IMG/VR virus record: IMGVR_UViG_3300009103_000007
Span: 32,001 to 96,000 of that record
DNA: 64,000 bases
Direction: 5' to 3' (one strand)
Source of the DNA: a virus
This document shows, one piece after another, positions 8,596 through 22,000 of this stretch; positions within the stretch are counted from its first letter, which is position 1; each line of letters starts with the position of its first letter. The notes beneath the pieces are model-generated. The model did not search any database, was not told the origin of the DNA, and was given only the letters and a program-made list of their open reading frames with translations. A program made the translations under genes and the position numbers.

Positions 8596-10065
8596 ATGTC
8601 AAAAACAAAATTAAAAACATCAGTAACTAAGAGAAAAGACGGGAAATATTCAAGTACAGTTACGGTTGTTGACGAAACCGGTGCGGTATTATCAACTCAC
8701 GAATCAACCGGTGCAACACAAGAAGAGGCCGCCCAATCAGCAATCCAAGAAACAAGAGATTCTTACAAAGATTTAGATCCAGAAACCGGCTATGATATTG
8801 GTACTGCGCCCGTTGAGTATGTGCCCCCAAAGGGCGGCAAACGACGACCTAAACCACCACCAGCACCACCTAAAGATTCGGACGGAGATGGCATACCGGA
8901 TACAATGGACCGACAGAATGATCCGAACTATGAGGAGAGGGAAGTTACGAAAGGACGCAACCATACTTTGTGGAGGGGATTAGATGATAAGCCTCGCAAG
9001 ACTTCTGATCCCGGACATAAGTACGATGGCAAATACGGGTACCCCGTTAGAGAAGAGGTGCCGGGATACAAAGGCCTGCCAGGCGACGCCATATTGAATC
9101 CGAGTAATTTTGGCTCAGCTGTTGATAACAATACTCGCATAGTTCTTGGCCGCTCCCGCGATTTTCACTCTCATATGGCCGCAGGTTCTATAGATATTGT
9201 TGCTGGGCGAATGGCACCATTTCCTTTAGCATCCTGGGCCGGCCCGGGCGTAGATCCCATGAACCCTGACTCTGAGCGAACCAACGCACTTCGACTTGCA
9301 CCAATCTTTAAGCCAATGAAGTTTAATCAAAATTATGAACCCAAGTCGGCCGGCCAAATAATCGACGCAGAGGGTAATCCTGCAAAGCATCCTGGGGTTG
9401 TCATGGATGCTGCACGTGTTTACGTTAGTCAGATGACTGATGTAGATTCGCTCTTTGGTTTCGTATTGAATCCGAAGGAATCTCCTAACCCTACCATAGG
9501 AAAAGCAAATCCAGAGTACAACAAAAGGTATGAGACCCCACCTGCGCAAAAGATACCCACTTCGGCCGTCGCCGCTTCTGCTGATAAAGTGAGGCTCTAT
9601 GCGCGCCAAGATATTAAAATAATTACTGGAGGGAAAGAGGCTCAGTACAATTCTCAAGGTGTCCCGCTTAGATTTATAGGGGGAATTCACCTTATAGCTG
9701 GAAATGGAGACCCGTCCGCGGCCTCTTCAGAACCTATCCCAAAGGGAGTTAAATTAGCTGAGGCACTAGATAAACTAACAGATATAGTAGATAAAACAGT
9801 GGACCTTCTGGATGCTGGAATACAGGCCCAGATGGAGTTTAATACCGCTATGATGAACCATTTTCACCAATCTCCACTTCTTGGGATTCCAACCACCCCA
9901 TCTATAGTGGCTCAGGCTGCTGGGGTAAAGGTTCTCATTGATCACCTTTCCCGTGTTAAGGTTGGTGTTGCTTTTATAAAATCAAATATGGCTAGGTTTA
10001 AACTAAATAGACTTAACATCAGTGGGGATAATTATATCAATAGTAGATATAATACTACAAACTAG
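8596..10065 (+). CDS. Baseplate central spike protein (gpV/gp138/gp5 C-terminal-like)
   Basis: Beta-strand-rich middle (RIVLGR, SIDIVAGR, DAARVYVSQMTDVD, ADKVRLYARQDIKIITG, GGIHLIAG) and a C-terminal NHFHQSPLLGIPTTPS HxH tip motif; located before gp25/gp6-like genes. Confidence 0.65.
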   Translation: MSKTKLKTSVTKRKDGKYSSTVTVVDETGAVLSTHESTGATQEEAAQSAIQETRDSYKDLDPETGYDIGTAPVEYVPPKGGKRRPKPPPAPPKDSDGDGIPDTMDRQNDPNYEEREVTKGRNHTLWRGLDDKPRKTSDPGHKYDGKYGYPVREEVPGYKGLPGDAILNPSNFGSAVDNNTRIVLGRSRDFHSHMAAGSIDIVAGRMAPFPLASWAGPGVDPMNPDSERTNALRLAPIFKPMKFNQNYEPKSAGQIIDAEGNPAKHPGVVMDAARVYVSQMTDVDSLFGFVLNPKESPNPTIGKANPEYNKRYETPPAQKIPTSAVAASADKVRLYARQDIKIITGGKEAQYNSQGVPLRFIGGIHLIAGNGDPSAASSEPIPKGVKLAEALDKLTDIVDKTVDLLDAGIQAQMEFNTAMMNHFHQSPLLGIPTTPSIVAQAAGVKVLIDHLSRVKVGVAFIKSNMARFKLNRLNISGDNYINSRYNTTN

Positions 10066-10073
10066 TTAAAGAA

Positions 10074-13000
10074 ATGGCAGTTATAAAGCGAAAATATTTT
10101 GAAATAAGTCATAATAATGAAGCGATCTCTTTTGGCCCTCGCGGACTGGGAGATCTCGGCAGAGATATTTTAGCCGTCAAGGCAGCACTGGGAGAGATAG
10201 TGCCCGCTCAGGAAGTTGGCCAAGATGCTTCTGAAATGTCTGACAGCGGCTGGTTTGACTGTTCTACTGGTAATCCTCTAAACCCATCTGAAGGGGCAAC
10301 ATTCGATAAAAGAATGCAAAGGTCCCTGATGAAGTTCCAACTAGAAAACCAATACTACATATTAGAATATTTATTTCAGAAGTACTCTGTAAATAGAATA
10401 TTGGATGCTGTTGCTGAGGTGCAGAAAGGGGAGACTGATTATTGGTTCGAAGAAGCCGGCCCAGGCACTGAGACAACAGATAAGATGGCTGAAGCTATCA
10501 ATATGGCCAAAGAAGTACAGGCCATCATATCTCTTTTTGAATCAGAGTTTGGCTACTTGGGAGAAGCAACACTTAGTGTGCTAAATGGTTGGCTGCCCAT
10601 AACGAGCAATACTACATCGCCAGAGGGCACTTTTGATGTTGTAAGGGATGAGGCCACCGGTAGCCAACATTTATGGTATCTGACTCCCATAAACCTATGG
10701 AGTATGCTAAAAGATAAAACTATTGGCCCTGACTGGCAAGCATCGAGCACAATATTTAATTTACATACAATACAAGAAATTATTGATCACTCCTCATACT
10801 CTTATGAAGAGATTTATAGGGACTTGAGAGAGTCTTTTTTTCCACGGTCTGGCTTATCACCAGACTGGTTCAAGCTTATCCTCAGCCCTACAGGCCAGCG
10901 GTCCCAATTCGAGCGTTCTGGCCTCCCAGATTACGGATTTGTTCAGTTTGCTCGAAGACCGGAGGATTATCAGAGCCCCTTGAACACCGCGGTCCGTTTA
11001 ATTACAGAAAGTTTTCCAATACCCGCAGATCATCCCGAGTTGGAAACTCTATCCGCAGAAGCTCAGGCAGAGATGCTTATGAGGGCTTTTGAACCGGAAA
11101 TAAAAAATAATCCAGACCCCTATGAAGTTGGGTTGACTAAGATTAAATTCTTTTTGAAAACGGACTATACTTTTGAAAATCTGCCCCCTTCTCCGAATAC
11201 AGAAGAGTATGATGCATCTTTACGCGAAATGGCAGACGAGGCGCTACACCAAGTATTACAACACTATGAGCGCCCTGATGTGTGGTATATTAGCGAGGCA
11301 AGCGGAAAAGTGATTACACAGTATTTCTCTCGCCCGTGGCCACCTGAAGAAGACTCAGACAGGGCCCGACCGGAGGTCGGAGCCGGCCGGCATGATGGAA
11401 GCCTAACAGATAGCGAGACTTGGGTATTGACGCTGCAAAAACTAATAGATAATGGAACTGTCTCTTCAGACGCAGCAAAACACTTTTCATATATTGAGGG
11501 GTTCAATAACAAGGCGCCTTTAATAAAATTTGTAGAATTTAGAACACCGTCTCTTCGACCGGGCGACACCTATAGAGCTGAATTTGTCATCAACAAGAAC
11601 AAATTTGATTTAATTGAGAAAGGCATGCGCACTTCTGGCGATTACTCCGCTTCCGAAGGGTCTGTGGATTTAGGTGCTCGTCTTGATGAGGTGGAGGAGG
11701 ATCTCGCGAAGTTCTCTTGTGCAGAGAATGCAATGTCAGACGAAGAGCAGCGAAGGCGATATGCTGAGTTTAGGTCTATAGCTTCTAAGAAAAAGAAAGA
11801 AATTGTTAGAAATTTAAGAGCAATGGTTTTGGAAAGACAGGAAACTGCAGGCCGCCAACACGAAATAAGCATTCAGGGGAATCTGGGCCCTTTCGGAGAA
11901 TTAGACGTTACCAATAAGAACTTTAATGCTTTAGATGTTGCAGGGCTGGTCGGCCCCGCAGTACTCTCAAATAGTGAATCGGCCCATAACTCACTTACGG
12001 AAGATCTTCTTGGTAAGGCGAATATAGCCCAAAGCCGCAAGCAAGGTTCCCCTGTGCTGCTAGAGTGGAATACAATAAAGGTTGGTATACCAAAAGTTTC
12101 CAAAGCATTGCGCGATGCAGCTTCTGATGTATCATCTGAGGAATGGGTCGATACTAAGGGTAACCCTCTTAACCCGCCAATCGATATGGCGACAGAAGCA
12201 TCAAAATACGATGCAATTATGGACGAATTGGATCAACTATTTAAAATTATTGGCAACAAATCTATCGCTCGTCGAAATGATCAAGTTCAATTTTTGTTAG
12301 GGGGGTTTAAATCAAATTCGTTAATTCACATGGAGGACGATTTTAAATTTGACTTTACCGATGTCAAATCTGAAGACCAAACCATCATCCTCGGCCGCAA
12401 ACTTACTAAAATAGAATATGTGTCCTATCTGCGGCCGCAGTTCACATGTGCAATCGGCCCAGAGGAACTGGACTTGCACACAAAAGAGATGAACTCATTA
12501 TCCAGTCCAAGAACAATGGGATACTTTGAACAACACGAAGCCATGGCCGGCATGGGCATAGGGTCTATGGCTGACCCATTGAAGAGCACGTGCGCCGATG
12601 TCTTTTATTCAAAGCCGGGTGTTGCTTTTGCCATGCGCTATACTTATCCGAAATTGGAACCAAAGCCAAAAAAGCCCGGGCCCGACCCCGTAGAAGAGTG
12701 GGCTCGAACACAATTTATGGATCCCTTTGAAGATTGGGTTGCAACTTCCGCGGAGGGCCTCGGTGACCGATCTTGGAAAACCGGTTTCCTAGAGGATGAA
12801 AACAAATCATATAACTCCGCAGAAATATTGCCAATGATCGGGGAAGCTTGTACGCTAGAGCAACTATATGGAGAATTTTTAGATAAATATAATCTTTTTT
12901 CACTTTTGTGTGATTGGTTGAAATGTCTTCGGTTACCGGGATTTAGCTTGCAAATGCCAAATTTCCATATTCCACCTATCCCCGAGTTGCCTACATTTGG

Positions 13001-16000
13001 GTGGATGTCATTTCTTAGGGGGATGACTGAAGACATAATTATGCAAATTATCCGAAGAGCCTTGTGTACTCTAGTTCGCGGCCTGATGGATATTCTAACA
13101 TTTCCATTTTGTTCTGATGATTTACACAATGATATGTTCGGCGCAGCGGGCATTCCTGATATAGCCCAAAAGGCTCTTGCAGACGCCCTGACTGATTTAG
13201 GCCTACCAAGAGGAGAAATGCAGGCAGCCGGCGAGATGGTTTCTGACGCTAGTAATTTTCTGACTCCTCGCGAGCTGTGCCATCTGTTGCAAGGTAAACC
13301 AATGCCTTCGGATGTATATGATGTGGTGATAAACCTAATAGAATCCAGAGGTTATGGAACAGACGGAAATTTATCAAACAGTTTAAACACGGAAGATAAG
13401 GTTAAGTATTTCTTTGAAAGTTTGGGAGTGTTTGTAGATTCTGATCTTTGTAGTTCTCTAGAGCAGTATAACCATGTCCTAGGTGAATATACTTGCAAAA
13501 ACGCTTCAGATATGCTCAAACAAATTAGAGATCGCTTAAAAAGGGGCGGCGTCCCTGAAGGCAAGATAGAGGAGGCTTTAGATTTAGCGCAGAAGAACAT
13601 GATGGACAAATCAAAGGCCATGGAACTGATGGCTAGCAGTGCAGATATGTCCGCCATATTACCACCCGTGTTTAAGCCGGGCGACCCAGCTGCAGTAATT
13701 AGCGAGTTGCCACATGCTCTGAAGTATTCAGCCATGGAAGCAGCAAAGGGTATATTTGATCCAGCCAAGATGGCATACATTGGTTCTTTGAAGAACTATG
13801 TTCCAGCAATGACTATTTCTGTTCCTGGGGTGGTTGAAAAGTGTGATGACAATTATGATGCTGAATCAACAATTGTAGTTGAAAGGAATCTTGAGCGCTT
13901 AAGAATTTTTGCAAAACTTACCGAACAATCACCACTTGCCGTAGAGGATTTGGATGCCCATCATCCAAGATATGTCACTCCAAATCCTCGCGCTCGCATT
14001 GCAACGTGGTATGATTTGATAAATGTATTATATTTAGATTTCGAAACAAGATATGAACTTTGCGGCCCTCGACGCGTTAAAGTTCACAGTAAAAGGACAG
14101 AAACCGGTGCGGCGAACGAATTCACTTCTCGCTTGGATGGGGTGATTCCTTACCCGTCGATGAATCTTCGGCTGGGAGCTCCTGTGGATTCTCGTAGCCT
14201 GTCAGCATGGCGTAGTCAAACTAATACAGAATTTACGTATTATGAATATGACCAAAGGGACATTCAGATGGGTACCAACACGCCACAGGAGGCGAGGTTC
14301 CCATTCCAGAGAGTGACGGCCGACTCTTTTCTATCTTTCGGGTCGTTGGATCTTTCTATGGCTATAGACGTTGGCCGCAAAAGGACCAGAAAGGATCCCG
14401 GCGACGACGATAAGCGCGAAGTCTATATAAAAGCAAACGAATCTGAGCCGCTTTCGAAGATCTCTACCTATAAACAATTGATTCGATGTATGGAATCCAT
14501 CGATGTATGGAGGAGACTATCTCGAAATTCTGCATTAAGTCAGCGCAGCAAAAATCGAGATCTAGCCGCGGCCCAACTTAAAATATTAAAGTTGGCATTT
14601 TTACAAAAAATAGGCGACCGGATGATGGAGCTCCAAAAGGAAGTAGCTGATAATATTGAAAAGGTGACAAGTGTTGCCCAAAAGGCAGAACTCTTTGGGG
14701 TACTGAGGGGTTTATATGACCAATCCTTAGAAAACGCGAGAGAACAAAACCCCACTGCAGCCGGAGAGATGACATCATTCGCCGGCACAGGCGATGGTCA
14801 ACCCGGCGTATATGACACTTTTACAATCAAAATGCCAAATGAACTGTCAAACAGTACACCTTACGTGAAAATAAAAGAATTTCCAGGATATTATGATAAG
14901 GATCCGTATGTTATAGAAGTCGGAAATTCTCTTCATTTTAATGGGGTACCTCAAAGGTTTCAATATTGTGACCCGGTCGACCCGAGACACACAGACGAAT
15001 TAACTGAACGGTTTAAGGGCCCCGAAAAACAGTTTACTAAAAGAGCGGTCTTTTCTACTATGTGGACACAGGCAATTCAGGACACTCTTGCACGAGCCGG
15101 CGAGAATCAGAGATTATCTGACTATACAAATGTAAATTTATCTGATTGGTCTGCTGGGATTGAAATTGAGGGCGCCCCCTATTATCAGAGATCAATAGAA
15201 GGAATATTCGAGCAGAATCTTGGCTCTGTTTATCGTTCACGTATATTTGAAAATGATTATGTTGCTGAACTTGAACGACGCGTCTCTGGTCTATCTTTCT
15301 TTGATCCCATCGGCGGTCAGTGCGTGAAGAATAAATATAATTTGTCTCATTATGGGCTGCTGTCATTTGATGACTTGATATTTAAGGAATTTCCAGACGA
15401 GTTATCCAAAGAACTAGCTAGGCCGGAAAACGCACCAGAGATGACAGATTACACCAAACCTGGCCCTACAGAGAAAGCAATTCAAAATGTTGCATTACGC
15501 GGCTTTATTCGTGTTTGTTTGATTGAAATGTTGCTTAAGGGCGGCTTGGTATATCCTGTTTGGGATATGGAGCCGGTTATTTCTGATCCGTTTTTTATAG
15601 ATTATTTAACTAGAGTGGTCAAATTTCAAATAGAAAATAATCAGATGTTTTCTAAAAACGAGGAGGAGTTACTGAGTTGCCTCAGGAGGTTGGCCGCAGA
15701 CCGTAATGCCGAAAAGACTGATCTTATAAGGCACATTGTTAATATTGAGGCAATGCGTATGCCGGACTTGTCTAAGAGAGTGTTCGATAATCGAAATAAT
15801 ATTGATTACAGCAACTATTTTCTATCTGGAATTCCACATTATGATGTATCTGGTGAAATTGGCTGGTCTGGCCAAATCCTATGGAATAGGAGAAATAAGC
15901 TGTTAGAGTATAATGATCCATATTTGATAATGGAATCTTATGTACGTTTAACAGCTAGAAATCCAGAAGATCCTCATCTGGCAGACCTAAGTTCATTAAT

Positions 16001-19000
16001 AGGTTTCGGGGGAGCACAAATTGCTGATGTTCTGAGATCCTCGGGCGTATACAGAACATTCGATAACATAACGAGAGGCCTACAGATGCCTAGTTTGGCT
16101 TCTTACGATTTTGATATTTTGGATTATGGCGGCTTCTCTAATCAAGACAGAGACGACATCCGGCAAACCGAAATGGTCAACATAAATGAGTTACATAGAG
16201 TCATAAGATCTGTTGTCATACCTTCGGGAGACTACAAGAGATTTATAGACGACTTGAAGGGGTACTTTTATTATGAAGAGGGCCGCGACTATTCTCAATC
16301 TGATGCTGTTGTCATTACACTCCATCCTCTTGACGGCGCCCCCATCGCAATTGAAAATCAACCGGGACGATTCATCAGAAGAAAGAGGAGAAAATTTAAA
16401 ATAGCCCAACAAATATTTGATCCAGAATCCACCACGGGATCTAACGTTTTATTAAAGAGTGATTTAATTTCAGAGTTTCAATCTGGAATATTTCCAAGTC
16501 CAATGCCAGAAGGAGATGAGGAATCTTTTCAATCTTATATTGACGTAGCTTTTTCTCAAATCGTCGACAGCCCGGGCTGGGCAGAGAATAGCCCTTATAA
16601 ATATTACGTTGTTCCGGTCGACGGCGCTTTGCTGATAGAAAAGCCATCAAGAGGATTTAAGGGAAATCCTTATTCAGATGATGCGAATCTTGGCGATGGA
16701 ACTTTCGATTATAATTATAAGATTTTTCGACAAGGAGCAGAGCAGTCTATGCGCCTAGAAGGCGAGGTTTATGATTATGTATATGAGCAATATTCTTCGA
16801 TATATGGCCATGAATATGGGCCTCAAAAATATGACATACACAACAATGCCGGCCATAGGCAGGTGATGGACCCTGGAGTCAAAATGGGTCCAGTCCTTTT
16901 GCGCCAGCGCCGCTGGGATGAGGATAGGAGAGAGACGGTAACCACTATTGATGAGGAAAGCAGCTTGCCATTAGATCCAGATGCTCCGTGGTTTAATAGC
17001 CAGCGCGCTAGAGATAGAATAACGTTCACTGGCCGCGGCAACTTATTTATGAATAATTATGGAGAAATGGATCGCGCACAATGGGAGGCTATTTCCGGCA
17101 ACGAGAACCGAAATCATAAACGCGAGGATTGGGTTGAGACCGTGGTTGATTTTACTGGCACGCGCAGTATAATATATAAGATGCCAGGGGAAACTTTTGA
17201 CCCTCTTTTAGTATCAGGTGTAACAGGGGCATCTCTTCCAACTACACCGAACACCGCCGTCGGTCAGCTTGAAAGCCTCACAAACTCGCCAAATGTTCTT
17301 TTGCCAGCAACCTTGGAGGAGCAGTATTCATTCCAATGCGGCGACGAATTCCAAGCAAATGGCCACATTGTTTCGCCTGAATATAGAGAAACATTTAAGA
17401 GGCTTACAAAATATTTATCAACTCATGAATTGATATCAATGATACTGCCATATAGGGGTGATTTTGGTTGTTTTCACGGACCACACAATCATGTTTCCCA
17501 CGGCTTGTACGATGCTGGGGACGCTGTTCTATCACCCGTACCTTCACGCCCCATGGGATTTGTGCTGGATATATCAGCTAAGCGAGGCTATCTTTCCGGT
17601 CGAGCCACTTTAGAGGAAGAACCTACCTTTAGGAACAACCCAGTTCACCCTCAGGGAAGAGCTATGTTTGTTTGGGATAGGGTCAAAAACAACACTTCGA
17701 AGGAGCTTGGCTACAATGAATATCGCATACCCACAAGGTTGCTGATTACACAAATAAAAAGAGCCGCCCGTTCTGTGGTTGATACAAGTTATATGAAATT
17801 TGTTCTACCTCGTAGTATTACATTCGACTTTTATACTGAACAGTCAGCACCGGGCGACCCTCGTCGATCTCCAACTGATAAAGCTCGACTAGCCGAGGGT
17901 GGCTGGGGCTTATCTGAACGTTATCAGCTGATGCAGCGCGCCCTAGTTAGGATTTTCAATCAATACATGGAAGATGTTGACGCCGCTTACTTCAAGATAG
18001 CTTCACATAGAAATGACCAATCCGTCATAGACGAGATAGGGGAAGATATAATCAGGGCAGATAATTGGACGTTCAATGAGGAGCTTGCTGCCGATCCCAA
18101 ATGGCGCATGCGCGTGGTTCGTAAATATTGCCCAGATTTTCCTGTGTTTGTTAGGCAGGAGAATATGGAAAGATTTAACTATAGTGACTACAGTGAAATT
18201 CGAGGACAGGAATCGAAGAATTCCCGGATTTTAGAAAACGAGATAGTCACTGCGGCCAATGACCGATCATACGATGCTTCTTGGGATCTAGGGTCAGATT
18301 ATTATGACACTGCTAACGGGCGCTGGCTAGAGATGAAAGACAGAATTGTCGACCAAGACGCGGGCCATGAAAATGTAGAATTTCATGGTTGGCGCGATGC
18401 AGAAAAAGAAATATATAACTGCATGCACGAGTATAATGATTTACGTCCAGCTTATTGCTCTATTGCTAAAATATATAGTACTATGTGTGATATCGAGGCG
18501 GAAGAGGGGATAGGAAATTTTGATGACACCCTGCTAGATCGAATGTTCGGTCAGGACCCGGGTTTTCTCATCAAGAGGGATAATCTTGGTGAAAATATAG
18601 ATTATGCCTCCATTGTAGACCAAGCAAATCCAGATAATGCAAACAACATTGGTAATCGTTTCGCCCGCGGCGCCCAAACCGGTGACAACGTAGAGGGTGT
18701 TGAGACCGGATCCGATGTTGCTACTGGTTTGTTTGTTGGTAAATGGGATGCAATACTGTCAAACACCACGGGTTTATATCAGTGGGATCTACATTCTGAA
18801 ATTAATCAACATTCGGTTTTATCTATTTCAAATTTAATTTTATGGTTCAAACAGAGGAGAAGGGAGGGCTTCTGGGGGCGCACCTTTGATTTCAAGAAGT
18901 ATGCAAAACAAAAAATTGGACTGATGGTTTCTTACAGTAGGGGCGGAAAGATTGACGGGTTTGCCCTCACTAATCGATATATTGGGGGCACAGATAGTGC

Positions 19001-22000
19001 TATGCCCGATTTGAACTACAACCCCGATGAATATGCTGCAGATTCTCCGGAAAATTCACAAGAGAAGTTTTCAGGTACCAAGCTTTTTGGCACGATTGGC
19101 GATGCCACCACTCCCTATTCTTTTCACCTACAATCTTACGCGCCCAAGCTCGGGGGTTATATACAATATATTCCAGTGCAGGCAGATATACCAAATCCGG
19201 GTATTCTATGTGGTGCCTCACCAATTTTGGCCGACGGCCGCTGCAGTCTACCTGAGTTATATCGCGCGATAGAATCAGTTATGAAAACTGCGGTCGAAGA
19301 GAAAACGCTACTGGGCAAAACACGTTCTATGATACAAAGAGAGTCAACAGACGGTGTGGATTCCCTAACTATGGGCGAAAAAAGGTCGATCATGCAAGAT
19401 GGTCAGGGGATAATGTTTAGGGCATTAGTTGAGCTTGGTCTAGGTCCGCGCACTGCAGACTTGAAGGCGTCGAATGGGGGATATGACATGGCCCATACAT
19501 TCGGCTTACCTCAGCGCGTTACGCAGGCTAGGCCAGATATGAAGATGATTGACTTTATGACGGAGGTTATGTGGAAATATTTTAGATATCTTCCAATTCG
19601 AACTCAAAAACAGCATGACTTCACGGGCCGAGATCAATTACAAATTCCCGGTCTTGACAAATTTTACTACACGTATGCAAATGACTTGTTCAGTGCACAT
19701 GATTCTTGGGCCATGAACAATTCTTATGATGAAGCCGTCACGGAGACGTCTAGTGAAGAAAGGACAGTTCCAATCTTTGAAATGGTGTATGTTCTAAAGC
19801 ACTCACATCGCAATCGCCAACCCGGCTCTGGCGGATATGGCACTGACGAAACCCACGAATGGCGCGCCGTAAAAGTTCGCGACGAAGTGGTCACCATCAC
19901 GAACACTACAGCAACATTCAGGAGCCTGAAGGAGGGTGCTCTTCCGTATAGTCAGCCTCCATTGGAGTTATCCAATCTGGCAATCCGCGCCTTTAAAGAC
20001 CAAGCCAATCGGGAAATTTCAACAAGAGGTATGCTTAGGTACTGGATTCCTGATGTGAGATATGAACGTTATAAGCATGAAGACACAATAACGAGCACAA
20101 GGAGCTTTAACTTAGGCCTCGGCTCGGCTCTTGAGCAAACCATAGACACCGATACTACAACTGCAATATTCGAGATCGATTCCCGCATTGCAAATATGAC
20201 AAATTTTTATAGATTAGCTAAATATACTTATGCCAAAAACCACTGTTATGACCCGAAGCTCACGCTGATGGGTCAATCTTGGATTTCTAGGGGTTCGGAT
20301 CAATTTAGTACGCTATCGGAAAGTGTGCCTACTGTGGTTCACAATCGTTTTCAAAATTGGTCATCTTTTGTTTTTGATGATCTACTTAAAACGACATCGT
20401 GGCAATCATATTGCTATATGAAATATGGCGCTATGAGTTATGATAGGGCTGCAGCTGCTACTGTCCAGAATGAGGGCGATGACCTTTCAGTCTGGCGCGA
20501 CCATGAAGTCAGCAGAGACGCCGCGGTGGCTGCCGGCATTGCGCACGTCGAAGCGACCATCTCCGCCGAGCGCGATAGTAATCCTGGTCGCCTAGATCAA
20601 ATATTAGTAGAAGGCGACGGCGGATTTAGTTGGACTATCTCAGCGCCCCCGGTTGACGAATTTGGTGAAGCGCAAGAAGTGTCCGTAGGATTATCGGATC
20701 AACAGCTAGAAACACTACTAGAGGCAGATCCAGATTATTTGCGGTACCTTTTTGCAAATGATTTTTCAGAATCTAAAAATCTAGATTCAGCTGTGCAAAG
20801 CCTACTGGGTCACCCCTTTAGATGGGATAACTCTAGATGGAAAACATATGCTCTTGGTACTGGCAGGAATAATCGCTCTTCTCTACTAATACCTGATGGT
20901 GGATTTGCGTCTGAAAGGTCGCCTATATTTAGTAGGGGAACTAAACTTGTAACCCTCCCCTTTTCTACATATAGATTCATGGAAGACTTATACGGAAATT
21001 ATACTGATTCTACTGGCGGCAAAAACCTTTATCGGTTTTCATCACCAATGGACGCTAAAAGGCTTTTTAATGTCGGCAGCCACTCCGGCGAGAATCTAGA
21101 GGACGAAATTATGAAGTCTTCTCACGGTTCGATATCTACAACAAATCAGCCAATCCGGGATGGAGGAAATGACCCCTTTGGCTTGGAATATGTCGCCTTT
21201 GAGGGGGAAGAGACAGTGGTACCATTGGGGGTATATATACAACCAGGATCTGTTACTTACACAGCTGGTCTCCCTTCAGCTATGGTAGATTTGCTGCCTG
21301 GCTGGACGTCGATGACTAGATCGAGAGATGAAAACGCGATATTGGATACCGGCTCGCGTCGCATGGTGACATCCGGCCCTAGCTTGGACGAGAGGTTAAT
21401 GTTCTCTATGCACGAGAATTTAGATAAATATGATTTTGGAAGCAGAAAAACGGCTGAATATCCTCGCTGGTCTCAACTAAATTGTATTTCTAATGCCATG
21501 ATTCGTGAATGGGGTCCGAATCTAAGAGTAAGGTGGGATCAGGTATTGTCTGATTTGGGAATAACAAGTGCATTGAACACCGCACACACTGAATATAAAG
21601 ATTTACAATCAGGACGCATTCGCAATGTTTATGATAACACGGAAGTAAGGATGGGAATTCGACTGAATCATGTAACACCGCTAAATTCCCGATTCAGTGA
21701 AAGTGATCCTAGTGATCATGTGAAAGAATTTTTTCGTCAAATAAATCTTCGAGAAGAAGATGCTGGTGTAGTTGACTTGATTTCTCCAGAAAACGAAACA
21801 ATAATGTCAGCGTTTAGTCTCCCAATGGTGCATTACGAAGAGGAGATTATTTTAGAGGGCTGTCTTGATTTAATGAAAATAAAGGACCGGTTCAACGAAT
21901 CTAGAGAGTATATGAAGTGGAAACTGCAACAAGAAGAGGATTTTAAAACGATGGTGGATTATGTTTTCCCACTTAAGCGTTATATGTCGGCAATGACAGT

